Shown here one piece after another: positions 19,863 to 32,013 of a stretch of DNA of 50,611 nt. Numbering within the stretch: the first letter of the stretch is position 1; the number at the start of each line of letters is the position of its first letter. The notes under the pieces were generated by a model. It was not told the DNA's origin and did no database searches. It was given only the letters and a program-made list of their open reading frames with translations. The position numbers and the translations under genes are program-made. The stretch covers positions 1 to 50,611 of the forward strand of contig CALAOW010000084.1 in NCBI GenBank assembly GCA_937889395.1, read 5' to 3'. This stretch comes from an uncultured Pseudomonadota bacterium (GTDB lineage Bacteria; Desulfobacterota; Binatia; Binatales; Binataceae).

Positions 19863-21296
19863 CTATATCGGCGCCTGGCGGCGCGGCGCGGCCACCTCGA
19901 CGCATGCGCCTGGCTGCGGAATCACCTTGCCGGGATTCGATCGCTCCATTGGATCGAACACGTGGCGCAGTTCCGTCATGACGCGAAGATCGTCGGGCGA
20001 GAACATCAGCGGCATCTCGCCGATTTTTTCGACGCCGATCCCATGCTCGCCGGTGAGGCTGCCGCCCATCTCGATGCAGGCCTTGAGGATTTCGCGTCCC
20101 GCGTCGATTGCCCGGCGGACCTGATCAGGTTCGCGCTCGTCGTAAAGAATGATCGGATGCAAATTGCCGTCGCCGGCGTGAAATACGTTGCCGATGCGCA
20201 ACTCATAGCGACGGCTGACGTCGGCGATCACGCGCAGAATCCGCGGCAGGCAGGTTCGCGGAACGACGCCGTCCTGAGTCGCGTAGTTCGGCGCGAGGCG
20301 GCCGACCGCACCGAACGCGCGTTTGCGCGCCTTCCATAACAGTGCGCGCTCCGCTTCGTCACGCGCGAGCCTGACGCTCGACGCGCCGGCCAGGCTTGCA
20401 GTTTTCGCGACCTCATCGGCGTAGCTGGTCAGTCCAGCCTCGAGACCTTCGAGCTCGATGATCAGCACCGCGCCTGCGTCGAGAGGCAGTCCGACATTGA
20501 ATGCCTCCTCGACGGCGCGAATGATGAGCTGGTCCATCATTTCGAGCGCGGCCGGCACAATTCCCGACGCGATTATCATCGACACGGCACGCGTCGCGGT
20601 GTCGGCGTCGGGAAAGGCGGCCAGGATTGTGCGATGATTTTCGGGCTCGCGCATCAGTTTGAGCGTTGCGCGCGTGACGATTCCCGCGGTGCCCTCCGCG
20701 CCGACGACGGCGCCGACCAGATCGTAGCCGCATCGCTCTTCAGCCGGTCCGCCGAGCTCGACGACCTCGCCGTCGGGCAGAACGACTTCGAGCGCGAGCA
20801 CGTGATTGGTGGTCACTCCGTATTTCAAGGTATGCGGACCGCCCGAATTCTCGGCGATGTTGCCGCCGATGGTGCATGCCACCTGCGACGATGGATCGGG
20901 CGCGTAGAAATATCCTCTCGACTTGACGGCGTTGGTGACGTGCAGGTTGACCACGCCGCTCTCGGCCTCGACGCGCCGATTGTCGAAGTCGATTTCCAGA
21001 ATCCGGTTCATCTTCGAAGTGCAGATCATCGCGGGCGCGTTCAACGAAAGGCATCCGCCCGAAAGGCCTGTCCCCGCACCGCGCGGAACGAAAGCAATGC
21101 CGCGGCGATGGAGCGCGGCGAGGACGGCGCTCAGCTGCGCGGTCGAGCGCGGGAGGATCAGCACGTCGGGGGCGCGCTTCTCGACGGTCCATCCGTCGCA
21201 CTCGTAAACCTTCAGCTCGGTTGCGCGCGAGACGATCCCGCCGGCTCCGATAATTTCGCCAAGCTCATCGAGAAGTTTGCGGTCGATGGCACTCAT
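19863..21296 (-). CDS. glcD: Glycolate oxidase subunit GlcD (FAD-linked oxidase)
   Basis: VPRGAGTGLSGG, GGNIAENSGGPHTLKYGVT, FHAGDGNLHP, GSLTGEHGIG. Confidence 0.85.
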   Translation of the reverse strand: MSAIDRKLLDELGEIIGAGGIVSRATELKVYECDGWTVEKRAPDVLILPRSTAQLSAVLAALHRRGIAFVPRGAGTGLSGGCLSLNAPAMICTSKMNRILEIDFDNRRVEAESGVVNLHVTNAVKSRGYFYAPDPSSQVACTIGGNIAENSGGPHTLKYGVTTNHVLALEVVLPDGEVVELGGPAEERCGYDLVGAVVGAEGTAGIVTRATLKLMREPENHRTILAAFPDADTATRAVSMIIASGIVPAALEMMDQLIIRAVEEAFNVGLPLDAGAVLIIELEGLEAGLTSYADEVAKTASLAGASSVRLARDEAERALLWKARKRAFGAVGRLAPNYATQDGVVPRTCLPRILRVIADVSRRYELRIGNVFHAGDGNLHPIILYDEREPDQVRRAIDAGREILKACIEMGGSLTGEHGIGVEKIGEMPLMFSPDDLRVMTELRHVFDPMERSNPGKVIPQPGACVEVAAPRRQAPI

Positions 21297-21485
21297 CTCT
21301 GTTGCGACGGCGCGTCCAATCCCCGCAGCACTCTACCACGACCGCGAATCAGGCGCGCGAGTAATGCTTTTGCTGTTGATCGCTCGCGGTCATAATAGCA
21401 AGGTTCGATTTCAGCCCGGAATCTCGTGGGCGCCCGATTGGTGCGCGCGGAAACCCCGGGCGATTCGTTGGAAGGAGAAACACAC

Positions 21486-22706
21486 GTGGCGGATTCATTT
21501 CCAGAACTCATGCCTGCGGCGCGGATTCTGCTCGGTCCGGGGCCATCCAACGTCAATCCGCGCGTGATGAAAGCGATGTTGTCGCCGGTCGTTGGTCACC
21601 TCGATCCGGATTTCGTGAAGGTGATGGAGAATATCAAGCGGCTGCTGCGCATCGTCTTCCGCACCAAAAACGAGATCACGTTTCCCGTCTCCGGCACCGG
21701 TTCCGCGGGGATGGAAGCCGTGATGGCGAATCTGATCGAAGACGGCGACGAGGTCGTAGTCGGTGTTAACGGCGCGTTCGGAACGCGACTAGCGGAAGTC
21801 GCATCGCGACTCGGCGCAAAGGTTCACAAGGTCGAGGCGGTTTGGGGAACGATCGTGGAACCGGCGAAAGTCGCGGCGGCGCTCAACGCGGCGAAAGATC
21901 CGAAGCTGGTCGCAGTGGTTCAGGCCGAGACTTCGACCGGGATACATCAGCCGATCGAGGAAATCGCCGATCTGGCGCATCGGCACGGCGCGATGATGGC
22001 GATCGACGCGGTAACATCGCTCGCGTGCGTGCCGGTCGAGATTGACAAGTGGGGCATCGACGCCTGTTACAGTTGCACGCAGAAAGGACTCGGCGCGCCC
22101 CCCGGGCTGGCGCCGGTGACGTTCAGCGCGCGCGCGATGGAGTCGGTGCACAAGCGCAAAACGAAGTGCCGCTCATGGTACTTCGACGTTGCGTTGATCG
22201 AGCAGTATTGGGGACCCGACAGGCTCTACCATCATACGGCGCCGATCACGATGAACTACGCGCTCTACGAGGCGCTGCGGATCGTCGTCGAGGAAGGGTT
22301 GGAAGCGCGATGGCGGCGGCATCGCATCAACGCAGCCGCGTTCCAGGCCGGAGTGCGGGCGATGGGTCTGCAGCTCGCCGCGCAGGAAGGATACCGCTTG
22401 CCGCAGCTCACGACGATCGCGGTGCCGGCGGGAATCGACGAAGCGAAGGTGCGAGCGGAATTGTTGCGGCTGTTCAATATCGAAATCGCAGCCGGACTCG
22501 GGCCGCTCAAAGGCAAGATCTGGCGCGTCGGTCTGATGGGCGAGGGTTCGCGGCGCGAAAACGTGATGCTGGCGCTGAACGCGCTCGAAGAAATCATCGG
22601 TTCGATGGGGTTCGAGATTGCGCGCGGCCGGGCGCTGACCGCTGCCGAGGATGCCTACAGTGCGGAGGGCACCGGCGCGGGCGAGCCGCCCGCGGAAGCA
22701 TCATGA
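21486..22706 (+). CDS. Class-V aminotransferase (alanine/serine-glyoxylate type)
   Basis: Start taken at GTG 21486 (AAGGAG lies 7 nt upstream). RILLGPGPSNVNPRV..., SGTGSAGMEA, and CYSCTQKGLGAPPGL (PLP-Lys region). Divergent from glcDEF. Confidence 0.8.
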   Translation: MADSFPELMPAARILLGPGPSNVNPRVMKAMLSPVVGHLDPDFVKVMENIKRLLRIVFRTKNEITFPVSGTGSAGMEAVMANLIEDGDEVVVGVNGAFGTRLAEVASRLGAKVHKVEAVWGTIVEPAKVAAALNAAKDPKLVAVVQAETSTGIHQPIEEIADLAHRHGAMMAIDAVTSLACVPVEIDKWGIDACYSCTQKGLGAPPGLAPVTFSARAMESVHKRKTKCRSWYFDVALIEQYWGPDRLYHHTAPITMNYALYEALRIVVEEGLEARWRRHRINAAAFQAGVRAMGLQLAAQEGYRLPQLTTIAVPAGIDEAKVRAELLRLFNIEIAAGLGPLKGKIWRVGLMGEGSRRENVMLALNALEEIIGSMGFEIARGRALTAAEDAYSAEGTGAGEPPAEAS

Positions 22707-22720
22707 GGATGGTGGTAAGG

Positions 22721-22775
22721 TGCCTTCGCGGCCGAGCGCGAAGGCATAGTCAGTGACTATTACGAAATAGTCACT
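22721..22775. terminator. Two perfect 10-bp hairpins between convergent genes (bidirectional terminator candidate)
   Basis: TGCCTTCGCG-gccgag-CGCGAAGGCA (22721-22746) and AGTGACTATT-acga-AATAGTCACT (22752-22775). Located between the aminotransferase stop (22706) and the gyrA stop (22783). Confidence 0.6.
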
Positions 22776-22782
22776 ACATTAG

Positions 22783-25326
22783 CTACTCTTCCGAATCCTC
22801 TGCGCCGTCGTTGCCGTTGGATCCGTTGCCGTTGCCTTCGTCCTCGTCGCGCTCCGCCATCCCGGCCACGGCGCGGACGCGTTCTTCCCCCTCGAGCCTC
22901 ACCATGTGAACGCCCTGCGCGTTGCGGCCTGTTATTCGCACTCCCTTGACGGCCAATCGAATCACCTTGCCGCTGTCGGTTATCAGCATCACCTGGTCGT
23001 CGATCCCGACCTGCCGGACGCTGATCACCTTGCCGGTTTTCTCGGTCACGTTCATCGTGATGACGCCCTTGCCGCCGCGATGCGTCAGGCGGTAGTCCGA
23101 GGCGGGCGTGCGCTTGCCGTAACCGAGTTCCGAAACCGTCAGCAGGGTCTCGTCGTCGCGCACGGTTGACATCGAAACGACTTCGTCCTCGAGCAGGATG
23201 ACGGTTTTGCCTTCCTTGACGGTCTGCGACTCGAGTTCCATCCCGACCACGCCGCCGGTCGCGCGGCCGATCGGGCGCGCTTCTTCTTCCTTGAAGCGAA
23301 TCGCCTGTCCCTCGCGCGTCGAGAGCACGATTTGCTGATTGCCGTCGGTGATTCGCACATCCACCAGCGTGTCGCCGTCTTCGAGATTGATCGCGATGAT
23401 TCCGGTCGAGCGAATATTTTCGTATTCGTCGAGCGCAGTCTTTTTCACGCGGCCGCGGCGGGTAGAGAAAAAGGCGAACTTGCCCGCAATCTCGCGCGGC
23501 ACGGGAATAAATGCGGACAGCGTTTCGTCATTGGCGAGGCTCAGCAGGTTGGCGATCGAGCGTCCCTTGGCTGCCCGCCCGCCCTCAGGCAGTTCGTAGG
23601 CCTTGAGCTCGTAAACCTTGCCCGCGCTGGTGAAGAACATCAGGCGATCGTGCGTCGAGACGCGCTCGAGATGTTCGACGAAATCTTCTTCGGTGGTGGT
23701 CGCGCCAATCTTGCCGCGGCCGCCGCGCTTTTGCGTGCGATAGAGCGAGAGCGGGGTGCGCTTGATGTAGCCGCCGTGCGTGACGGTGACGAGGACGTCC
23801 TCCTCGACGATCAGGTCCTCGACCGAGAACTCTCCCTCCGCTTCGATGATCTGGGTGCGGCGCGGATCGGCGAACTCTTTTTTTATTTCGTTGAGCTCGC
23901 CTGCGATCAGCTTCAACAATTCCTTCTCGTCGGCGAGAATGTTCTTGAAGCCGGCGATCAGAGCGACGGTCTCCTTGTGCTCGGTTTCGATCTTCTCGCG
24001 CTCGAGCGAAGTGAGACGGCGCAGCGTCAGATCGAGGATCGCCTGCGCCTGCAACTGTGAGAGGCCGAACTGCTTCATCAAGCCGCTGCGTGCGGTCTCG
24101 GCATCCTTCGACTTGCGGATCAGACTGATGACCGCGTCGAGATTCTTGAGCGCGGTCAGCAAGCCGTCGAGGATATGAAGCCGCGCCTCGGCTTCTCTCA
24201 GCTCGAAACGCGTGCGCCGCGTCAGCACGATCTTGCGATGCTCGAGGAACGCAACGAGCATCTGCAGAAGGTTCATCTCCTTGGGGCGACCCTCGTGGAT
24301 GCCGAGCAGAATGATCCCGTAGCCCTGCTGCATCTGGGTCAGCTTGTACAGCTGGTTGAGCACGATGCGCGGCTCGGCGTCGCGCTTGAGCTCGATCACA
24401 ACGCGCATCCCGTCGCGATCCGACTCGTCGCGGATGTCGCTGATCCCTTCGATCCGCTTGTCGTTGACCAGCTCGGCCATCCGCTCGATCATGCGCGACT
24501 TGTTCACCTGGTAGGGGATTTCGCGAATGATGATCGACGATCGCGAACTGCGCTTGTCGGTCTCGATCGCAGCCAGTGCGCGCATCGTGAGCGTGCCGCG
24601 ACCGGTCAGATAGGCCTGGCGAATCGCCTGGCGGCCGAGCAACTGGCCGCCGGTCGGAAAATCCGGGCCGGGCACGATGTCCAAAATCGTCTCGTGCGTG
24701 ATGCCCGGGTTGTCGATCAGCGCCAGCAGCGCGTCGCAAACCTCGCCGAGATTATGCGGTGGGATGTTGGTCGCCATCCCGACCGCGATGCCGTCCGAGC
24801 CGTTCACCAGCAGGTTCGGAAATTGCGCCGGCAGGATCTCGGGCTCCATGTGCGAGCCGTCGAAGTTCGGGACGAAATCGACCGTGTCCTTGTCGATATC
24901 GGCGAGCATCCGCTCGGCCAGCCGCGTCAGCCGACACTCGGTGTATCGGTACGCGGCGGGCGGGTCGCCGTCGATCGATCCAAAATTGCCCTGGCCGTCG
25001 ATGAGCAGGTAGCGCAGGCTGAACGGCTGCGCCATGCGGACCAGCGAATCGTAAACCGCCATGTCGCCGTGCGGATGGTAACGAGCGAGCACTTCGCCCA
25101 CCACCGCGGCGCACTTGGTGTAGCGGCGGTTCGACAGCAGGCCGGTGCGGAACATCGCGTACAGGATGCGGCGATGGACAGGTTTGAGTCCGTCGCGAAT
25201 TTGCGGTAGCGCGCGTCCGATATTCACCGACATCGCGTAGTCCAGGTAGGACTGCCGCATGTCGTCTTCGATATTCAGCAGCGCGGGTTCGTTGCGATGC
25301 GGTTCGTTGCCGTTGGTTTCAGCCAT
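22783..25326 (-). CDS. gyrA: DNA gyrase subunit A
   Basis: [42 protein letters not shown]-terminal beta-pinwheel repeats and an acidic tail. Confidence 0.97.
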   Translation of the reverse strand: MAETNGNEPHRNEPALLNIEDDMRQSYLDYAMSVNIGRALPQIRDGLKPVHRRILYAMFRTGLLSNRRYTKCAAVVGEVLARYHPHGDMAVYDSLVRMAQPFSLRYLLIDGQGNFGSIDGDPPAAYRYTECRLTRLAERMLADIDKDTVDFVPNFDGSHMEPEILPAQFPNLLVNGSDGIAVGMATNIPPHNLGEVCDALLALIDNPGITHETILDIVPGPDFPTGGQLLGRQAIRQAYLTGRGTLTMRALAAIETDKRSSRSSIIIREIPYQVNKSRMIERMAELVNDKRIEGISDIRDESDRDGMRVVIELKRDAEPRIVLNQLYKLTQMQQGYGIILLGIHEGRPKEMNLLQMLVAFLEHRKIVLTRRTRFELREAEARLHILDGLLTALKNLDAVISLIRKSKDAETARSGLMKQFGLSQLQAQAILDLTLRRLTSLEREKIETEHKETVALIAGFKNILADEKELLKLIAGELNEIKKEFADPRRTQIIEAEGEFSVEDLIVEEDVLVTVTHGGYIKRTPLSLYRTQKRGGRGKIGATTTEEDFVEHLERVSTHDRLMFFTSAGKVYELKAYELPEGGRAAKGRSIANLLSLANDETLSAFIPVPREIAGKFAFFSTRRGRVKKTALDEYENIRSTGIIAINLEDGDTLVDVRITDGNQQIVLSTREGQAIRFKEEEARPIGRATGGVVGMELESQTVKEGKTVILLEDEVVSMSTVRDDETLLTVSELGYGKRTPASDYRLTHRGGKGVITMNVTEKTGKVISVRQVGIDDQVMLITDSGKVIRLAVKGVRITGRNAQGVHMVRLEGEERVRAVAGMAERDEDEGNGNGSNGNDGAEDSEE

Positions 25327-25361
25327 TTATTCCGGGGCTCCCGCGAGTTCCGAGCGGCTCG

Positions 25362-27830
<2,469 letters not shown>

Positions 27831-28045
27831 CTATTCGTCTGCGGGATAAAAGTAAAGGAACAACCGACCGTCCGATGAGTTAATCAAACACTATTTGAGT
27901 TATGCGCCCATGGATAGGAAAGCATCCAATCAGTGGGCGTTTTTCAACCCATCGACACGACGCAATAAGGGCCTTTTTGGAAAAGCGGGCCGTGCCGAGA
28001 ACAGAACATTATTTTGCGAAAATGATACGCACACAAACCGACTCC

Positions 28046-28106
28046 GTGAAGCAGTGAAAAGTGAAAAAAATGAAAAAGTGAAAAAGTGAAAAAATGAAAA
28101 GGGAAA
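28046..28106. repeat. Tandem A-rich heptad/octad tract (GTGAAAA variants, about 7 units)
   Basis: gtgaagca gtgaaaa gtgaaaaaaa tgaaaaa gtgaaaaa gtgaaaaaa tgaaaaggg. Lies just downstream of the dsbD stop and about 270 nt upstream of the gyrB start. Related short tracts occur at 33334-33358 and 50349-50370 (opposite strand). Confidence 0.85.
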
Positions 28107-28116
28107 TCGCCCGCGT

Positions 28117-29940
28117 TCAATCGACCTGGCGCAGCTCGATCAGCATCTCCTGCGGGCCGATATAGCCGGCCTTGCGCTCCTGCACCTTGCCCGTCGAGTC
28201 GATAATCACCGTCGTCGGCACGCCCTGGATTTCGAACTTGCTGGTCAGCGCTTCGGTGGCCTTGTCCTGCGCCGTCAGATTCGCCTTCATCCGCACGAAG
28301 CGCTTTGCCTCGCTGACCACGGATGGATCGACAAAGGTCGAATGCTCCATCTCGCGGCATGGGATGCACCAGTCGGCGCTGAAATCGATCAGCACGGGCT
28401 TGCGCGCTTCGGCCGCCGACGCGAGCCGCTCGGGGTTGAACGGCTCGAAGCGAAGCTTCTCCGGCGCGTGGCGCGGATAGAGCATGATCGCGAGCGCTCC
28501 CACCGCAGCTATTCCCAGCGCTGACCTCAGCACCAGGAACGGTCGCCAGCTTCTCCCCTCGCGCGAAATGAAGCCGAGATAAATCCCCACACCGGCCGCG
28601 TAATACGGCAGAATTCGAGTCATCAGGTTGTTCGGGATGACCGGATCGAGAAAGTAGAGCGCGAGTCCGACCAGCACGAACCCGAAAAGATGCTCGACCC
28701 AGGCAAGCCATTCGCCCGAACGCGGCAGCCGGCGGATATGCCCGGCCGCCATCGCCAGCCCGATATATGGAACGCCAAGTCCGATCGCCAGTGTGAAGAA
28801 CAGCGCAAAACCGAAAAGCGCGTTCCCGCTTCTCTCCACCATCAGCAGCAAGCCCAGCACGATCGGGCCGATGCATGGCGCCGCCACCACGCCCATCCCC
28901 AGACCCATCAGGAACGCGCCCGCGTATCCGGGGTGGGCCGCGCCCGCCCGCTGCACCATCCAGTTCGGCGGCTGCAAGACGAACAAACCGAAGCACGACG
29001 CCGCCAGCGCCAGCAGCATCATGGACAGCGCGACGAGCACCAACGGATTGCGCATCGCAGCGCCGAACAATCCGCCCGACATGGCGACGGCGACGCCCAC
29101 CGCCGAGAACATCAGCGCGATGCCGAGCACGAAAAATATCGCCAGAAACATCACGCGGCGATGGCCTCCGCCCTGGCTGCCGAAATACGCGATCGTCACG
29201 CCGATCAGCGGATAGACGCACGGCGTCAGATTCAACGCGAGGCCGCCAAGAAATACCGCGAGGAAGCCGAGGAACCATCCATGATTGGCGAAGATGTCCG
29301 CGACCGCGCCGCCGGAATCATCGCCGCCGCCGATACCGCCGCTCTTCGCGCCTCCCGTGCCTATCGCCCCCAGCGCTCCCGCCGCCGCGCCCGGAGCCGC
29401 CAGCGCGACCGTTGTGCTGACCGACGCCGGCCGCAGGCATTCGTTGTTGTTGCAACCCTGGTAGTCGATGGTAACCGTGAGCGCGTCGCCCGGCTTCGGC
29501 GCGAAGTTGGCAGCCGCCTTGAGCGGCGCCTCAAACTTGATATCGCCTCCGAACACCGAGATTTTCTCGCCACCAGCCGCGACGTCGAGCGCCATCGTTT
29601 GCGCGGGCGGATACTTGACTGCGCCCGGCGTTACGCTGGTCGGGCCGCTGACCTCGAGCTTGGTCGGGATGTAATCCTCGCTGAGCGGCTTGTCGGAATT
29701 GATATGCCATCCCGCGATCACCTGCGCGGCGACTTTGAGCGTGCTGGCGCCGCCGGCCCGAAGCGGAGGATCGATCGTGGCGGAGGTGATCTTTACGAGT
29801 TCATTCGCCTTCGGATTAGCATGCGCCGCCGGCGCGAAAATCAACCAGGCGAGCGCAAATACTGCCGATACGATCGAGGCCCGCCAGAACGGACGAGCCT
29901 TTGTACCGTGGGTGAACAATCGGGATTCGCGCGAGATCAT
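28117..29940 (-). CDS. dsbD: Protein-disulfide reductase DsbD-like
   Basis: N-terminal periplasmic domain, a multi-TM core (LTPCVYPL, APCIGP) and a C-terminal thioredoxin domain (FSADWCIPCREME). Confidence 0.8.
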   Translation of the reverse strand: MISRESRLFTHGTKARPFWRASIVSAVFALAWLIFAPAAHANPKANELVKITSATIDPPLRAGGASTLKVAAQVIAGWHINSDKPLSEDYIPTKLEVSGPTSVTPGAVKYPPAQTMALDVAAGGEKISVFGGDIKFEAPLKAAANFAPKPGDALTVTIDYQGCNNNECLRPASVSTTVALAAPGAAAGALGAIGTGGAKSGGIGGGDDSGGAVADIFANHGWFLGFLAVFLGGLALNLTPCVYPLIGVTIAYFGSQGGGHRRVMFLAIFFVLGIALMFSAVGVAVAMSGGLFGAAMRNPLVLVALSMMLLALAASCFGLFVLQPPNWMVQRAGAAHPGYAGAFLMGLGMGVVAAPCIGPIVLGLLLMVERSGNALFGFALFFTLAIGLGVPYIGLAMAAGHIRRLPRSGEWLAWVEHLFGFVLVGLALYFLDPVIPNNLMTRILPYYAAGVGIYLGFISREGRSWRPFLVLRSALGIAAVGALAIMLYPRHAPEKLRFEPFNPERLASAAEARKPVLIDFSADWCIPCREMEHSTFVDPSVVSEAKRFVRMKANLTAQDKATEALTSKFEIQGVPTTVIIDSTGKVQERKAGYIGPQEMLIELRQVD

Positions 29941-29997
29941 TTGTCAGTAGTTAGAGCGTCATCGGCGCAACTCTGGTTCCATCCGCGCAGTCCGCCG

Positions 29998-31200
29998 CTA
30001 CTTAGCGGCGGCGCTCTGTTTGCCGTTGGTTGAAAGCGGAACCGATCCCACGACCTCCAATCCGTAGCCCGGCAGATTGGCAAGCCGCGGCGTCGCATCG
30101 GACATGATAATCATCTTGCGCACACCCACGTCGCGGAGAATCTGCGCGCCGATTCCGTAATCGCGGAAATCTGCCTCGGGCGCGTTGACCCGCGTAGTTG
30201 CACGGCGCGCCGGGCGCCCGCCCTCAAAATCCGACGCCAGTGCGTTGGACTCGCGCTTGAGGTACAACAGCACGCCCTCGCCGGCCGCCGAGATTCGTTC
30301 CATCGCGGAGCGCAGCAGGTTGCGGGTGTTGCGAACGGAGTAGCCGAACACGTCGCCCGGCAGATACTCGCGATGCGCCCGAACCAGAATCGGCTTGGCC
30401 GGATCCACCTTGCCCATCACCAGCACCAGGTGCTCGGTGTGATCGATCAGGTTGCGATAGACGATCGCGCTGAACTCGCCGAACGCGGTCGGCAGCTTCG
30501 CTTGCGCGATCCGCTGGACCATCGTCTCGTTGCGCAGCCGGTACTCGATGATGTCCGCGACCGTGACAATCTTGAGCCCGTGCACTTTGGCGAACTCGAC
30601 CAGGTCGTCGCGCCGCGCCATCGTGCCGTCTTCCTTCAGAATCTCGCAGATGACGCCCGCCGGCTTGAGTCCCGCCAGCCGCGCGAGGTCAACCGCGCCT
30701 TCGGTCTGCCCCGTGCGCACCAGCACGCCGCCGTCGCGCGCGCGCAGCGGATAGACGTAGCCGGGCGTGATGAACTCGGCGCCGCTGGCGTCCTCGCGCA
30801 CCGCCTGCAAAATCGTGGTCGCGCGATCCTGCGCCGAGATTCCCGACCCCGACGCTCGCCGCGCGGTGATCGCCGTCGTGAACGCCGTCCCGAGCGGCGC
30901 CTGGTTGTCGCCAACCATCATGCTGAGCCCGAGTCTGTCTATTCGCTCCGCCGACATCGGCAGGCAGATGAGCCCGCGCCCGAACCTGGCCATGAAGTTG
31001 ACCGCCTCGGGGGTGACTTTTTCGGCCGCCATGCACAAATCGCCCTCATTCTCCCGCTGTTCGTCATCCATCAGGATGATCATGTGGCCGCGGCGGGTTT
31101 CATCGAGTGCTTCCTCGATCGAAATGAACGGCGCGGGGGCTTTCTTGCGGGGACTTATCTCACCAAACATTTGTGCGGCTCTCGATAAACTCTTACTCAA
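29998..31200 (-). CDS. ribBA: Bifunctional DHBP synthase / GTP cyclohydrolase II
   Basis: RENEGDLCMAAEKVTPEAVNFMA..., then a C-terminal GCH-II half (LVRAHREYLPGDVFG, DFRDYGIGAQILRDLGV). The start could instead be Met-11 (31170). Confidence 0.9.
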   Translation of the reverse strand: MSKSLSRAAQMFGEISPRKKAPAPFISIEEALDETRRGHMIILMDDEQRENEGDLCMAAEKVTPEAVNFMARFGRGLICLPMSAERIDRLGLSMMVGDNQAPLGTAFTTAITARRASGSGISAQDRATTILQAVREDASGAEFITPGYVYPLRARDGGVLVRTGQTEGAVDLARLAGLKPAGVICEILKEDGTMARRDDLVEFAKVHGLKIVTVADIIEYRLRNETMVQRIAQAKLPTAFGEFSAIVYRNLIDHTEHLVLVMGKVDPAKPILVRAHREYLPGDVFGYSVRNTRNLLRSAMERISAAGEGVLLYLKRESNALASDFEGGRPARRATTRVNAPEADFRDYGIGAQILRDVGVRKMIIMSDATPRLANLPGYGLEVVGSVPLSTNGKQSAAAK

Positions 31201-31245
31201 CTATATACCGCCAGCAAGCATCCTCGAAGCCTGCGCGATGCTATC

Positions 31246-32013
31246 TTGGGCGGCGTGGCGGTGGAAATTACTACGGCGGTCCTGCTGGCTGCCGGGCGCG
31301 GCAAACGCCTGGGCGCTCTGACCGCCGAGACTCCGAAAACACTGCTCGATGTCGCCGGTTCACCGCTGATTACGCATATCGCCGACGCGCTCGCAGGGGC
31401 AGGACTGACGCACTTCATCGTCGTGGTGGGCTACCTGTCGGAGCAAATCGAGGGATGGGCGAAAACCTGGCAGCGCGAAAATCCGGGAATCAAAATCATA
31501 ACCGTCAGGCAGCCGCAATTGAACGGGACCGGCGGCGCGATGCTTGCGGCCAGCGCGCATCTTGCAGGCCTGCCGCGCTTTGTCTTCGGATGGAGCGATA
31601 TTCTGATGGACCGCGCGAACTACCCGCGCTTCGTTCATCACGCGCGGATCGACGAGTACGATTTGATGCTCGCGGTGAATCGCGTCAAGGATCCGTTCCG
31701 CGGCGCCGCCGTCTATGTGACCCCGCACATGATGGTCGAGCGCCTCGACGAAAAACCGGCGCCCGGAACCGCCAGGACCGAATGGAACAACGCGGGGCTT
31801 TTCGCAAGCAGCCAGGTAATTTTCGACTACCTCGCGCGGCTCGAACCGTCGGTGCGCGGCGAACTCGAACTGCCCGGTGCAATCGCGCAAATGATCGCCG
31901 ACGGCCGCGTCGTGCGCGCGCTTGATATGCGTGGATTCTGGAGCGACGTCGGCACGCCCGAAGACCTCGAGGCGGCGCGCGCCTGGTTCAAGCCAAAGAG
32001 GAAGCGGCGATGA
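31246..32013 (+). CDS. Sugar-1-phosphate nucleotidylyltransferase family protein
   Basis: AVLLAAGRGKRLGALTAETPKTLLDVAG (NTP-transferase G-loop) and LNGTGGAM. The real start is probably the internal GTG (VEITTAVLL). The stop overlaps the galK ATG (ATGA at 32010-32013). Confidence 0.75.
   Translation: MGGVAVEITTAVLLAAGRGKRLGALTAETPKTLLDVAGSPLITHIADALAGAGLTHFIVVVGYLSEQIEGWAKTWQRENPGIKIITVRQPQLNGTGGAMLAASAHLAGLPRFVFGWSDILMDRANYPRFVHHARIDEYDLMLAVNRVKDPFRGAAVYVTPHMMVERLDEKPAPGTARTEWNNAGLFASSQVIFDYLARLEPSVRGELELPGAIAQMIADGRVVRALDMRGFWSDVGTPEDLEAARAWFKPKRKRR

Noticed and set aside
27895-28089. 64-aa ORF in the gyrB upstream region
   Set aside because: Its C-terminus (KSEKNEKVKK) is just the translated GTGAAAA repeat. 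It has no RBS and lies in a promoter region.
28046-28106. CRISPR array or minisatellite
   Set aside because: The repeat unit is only 7-9 nt with no spacers and no cas genes. It is a simple A-rich tandem tract.
31201-31245. FMN riboswitch upstream of ribBA
   Set aside because: Only about 45 nt separate ribBA from the divergent gene, far too short for an FMN aptamer. No conserved RFN core sequence was seen.
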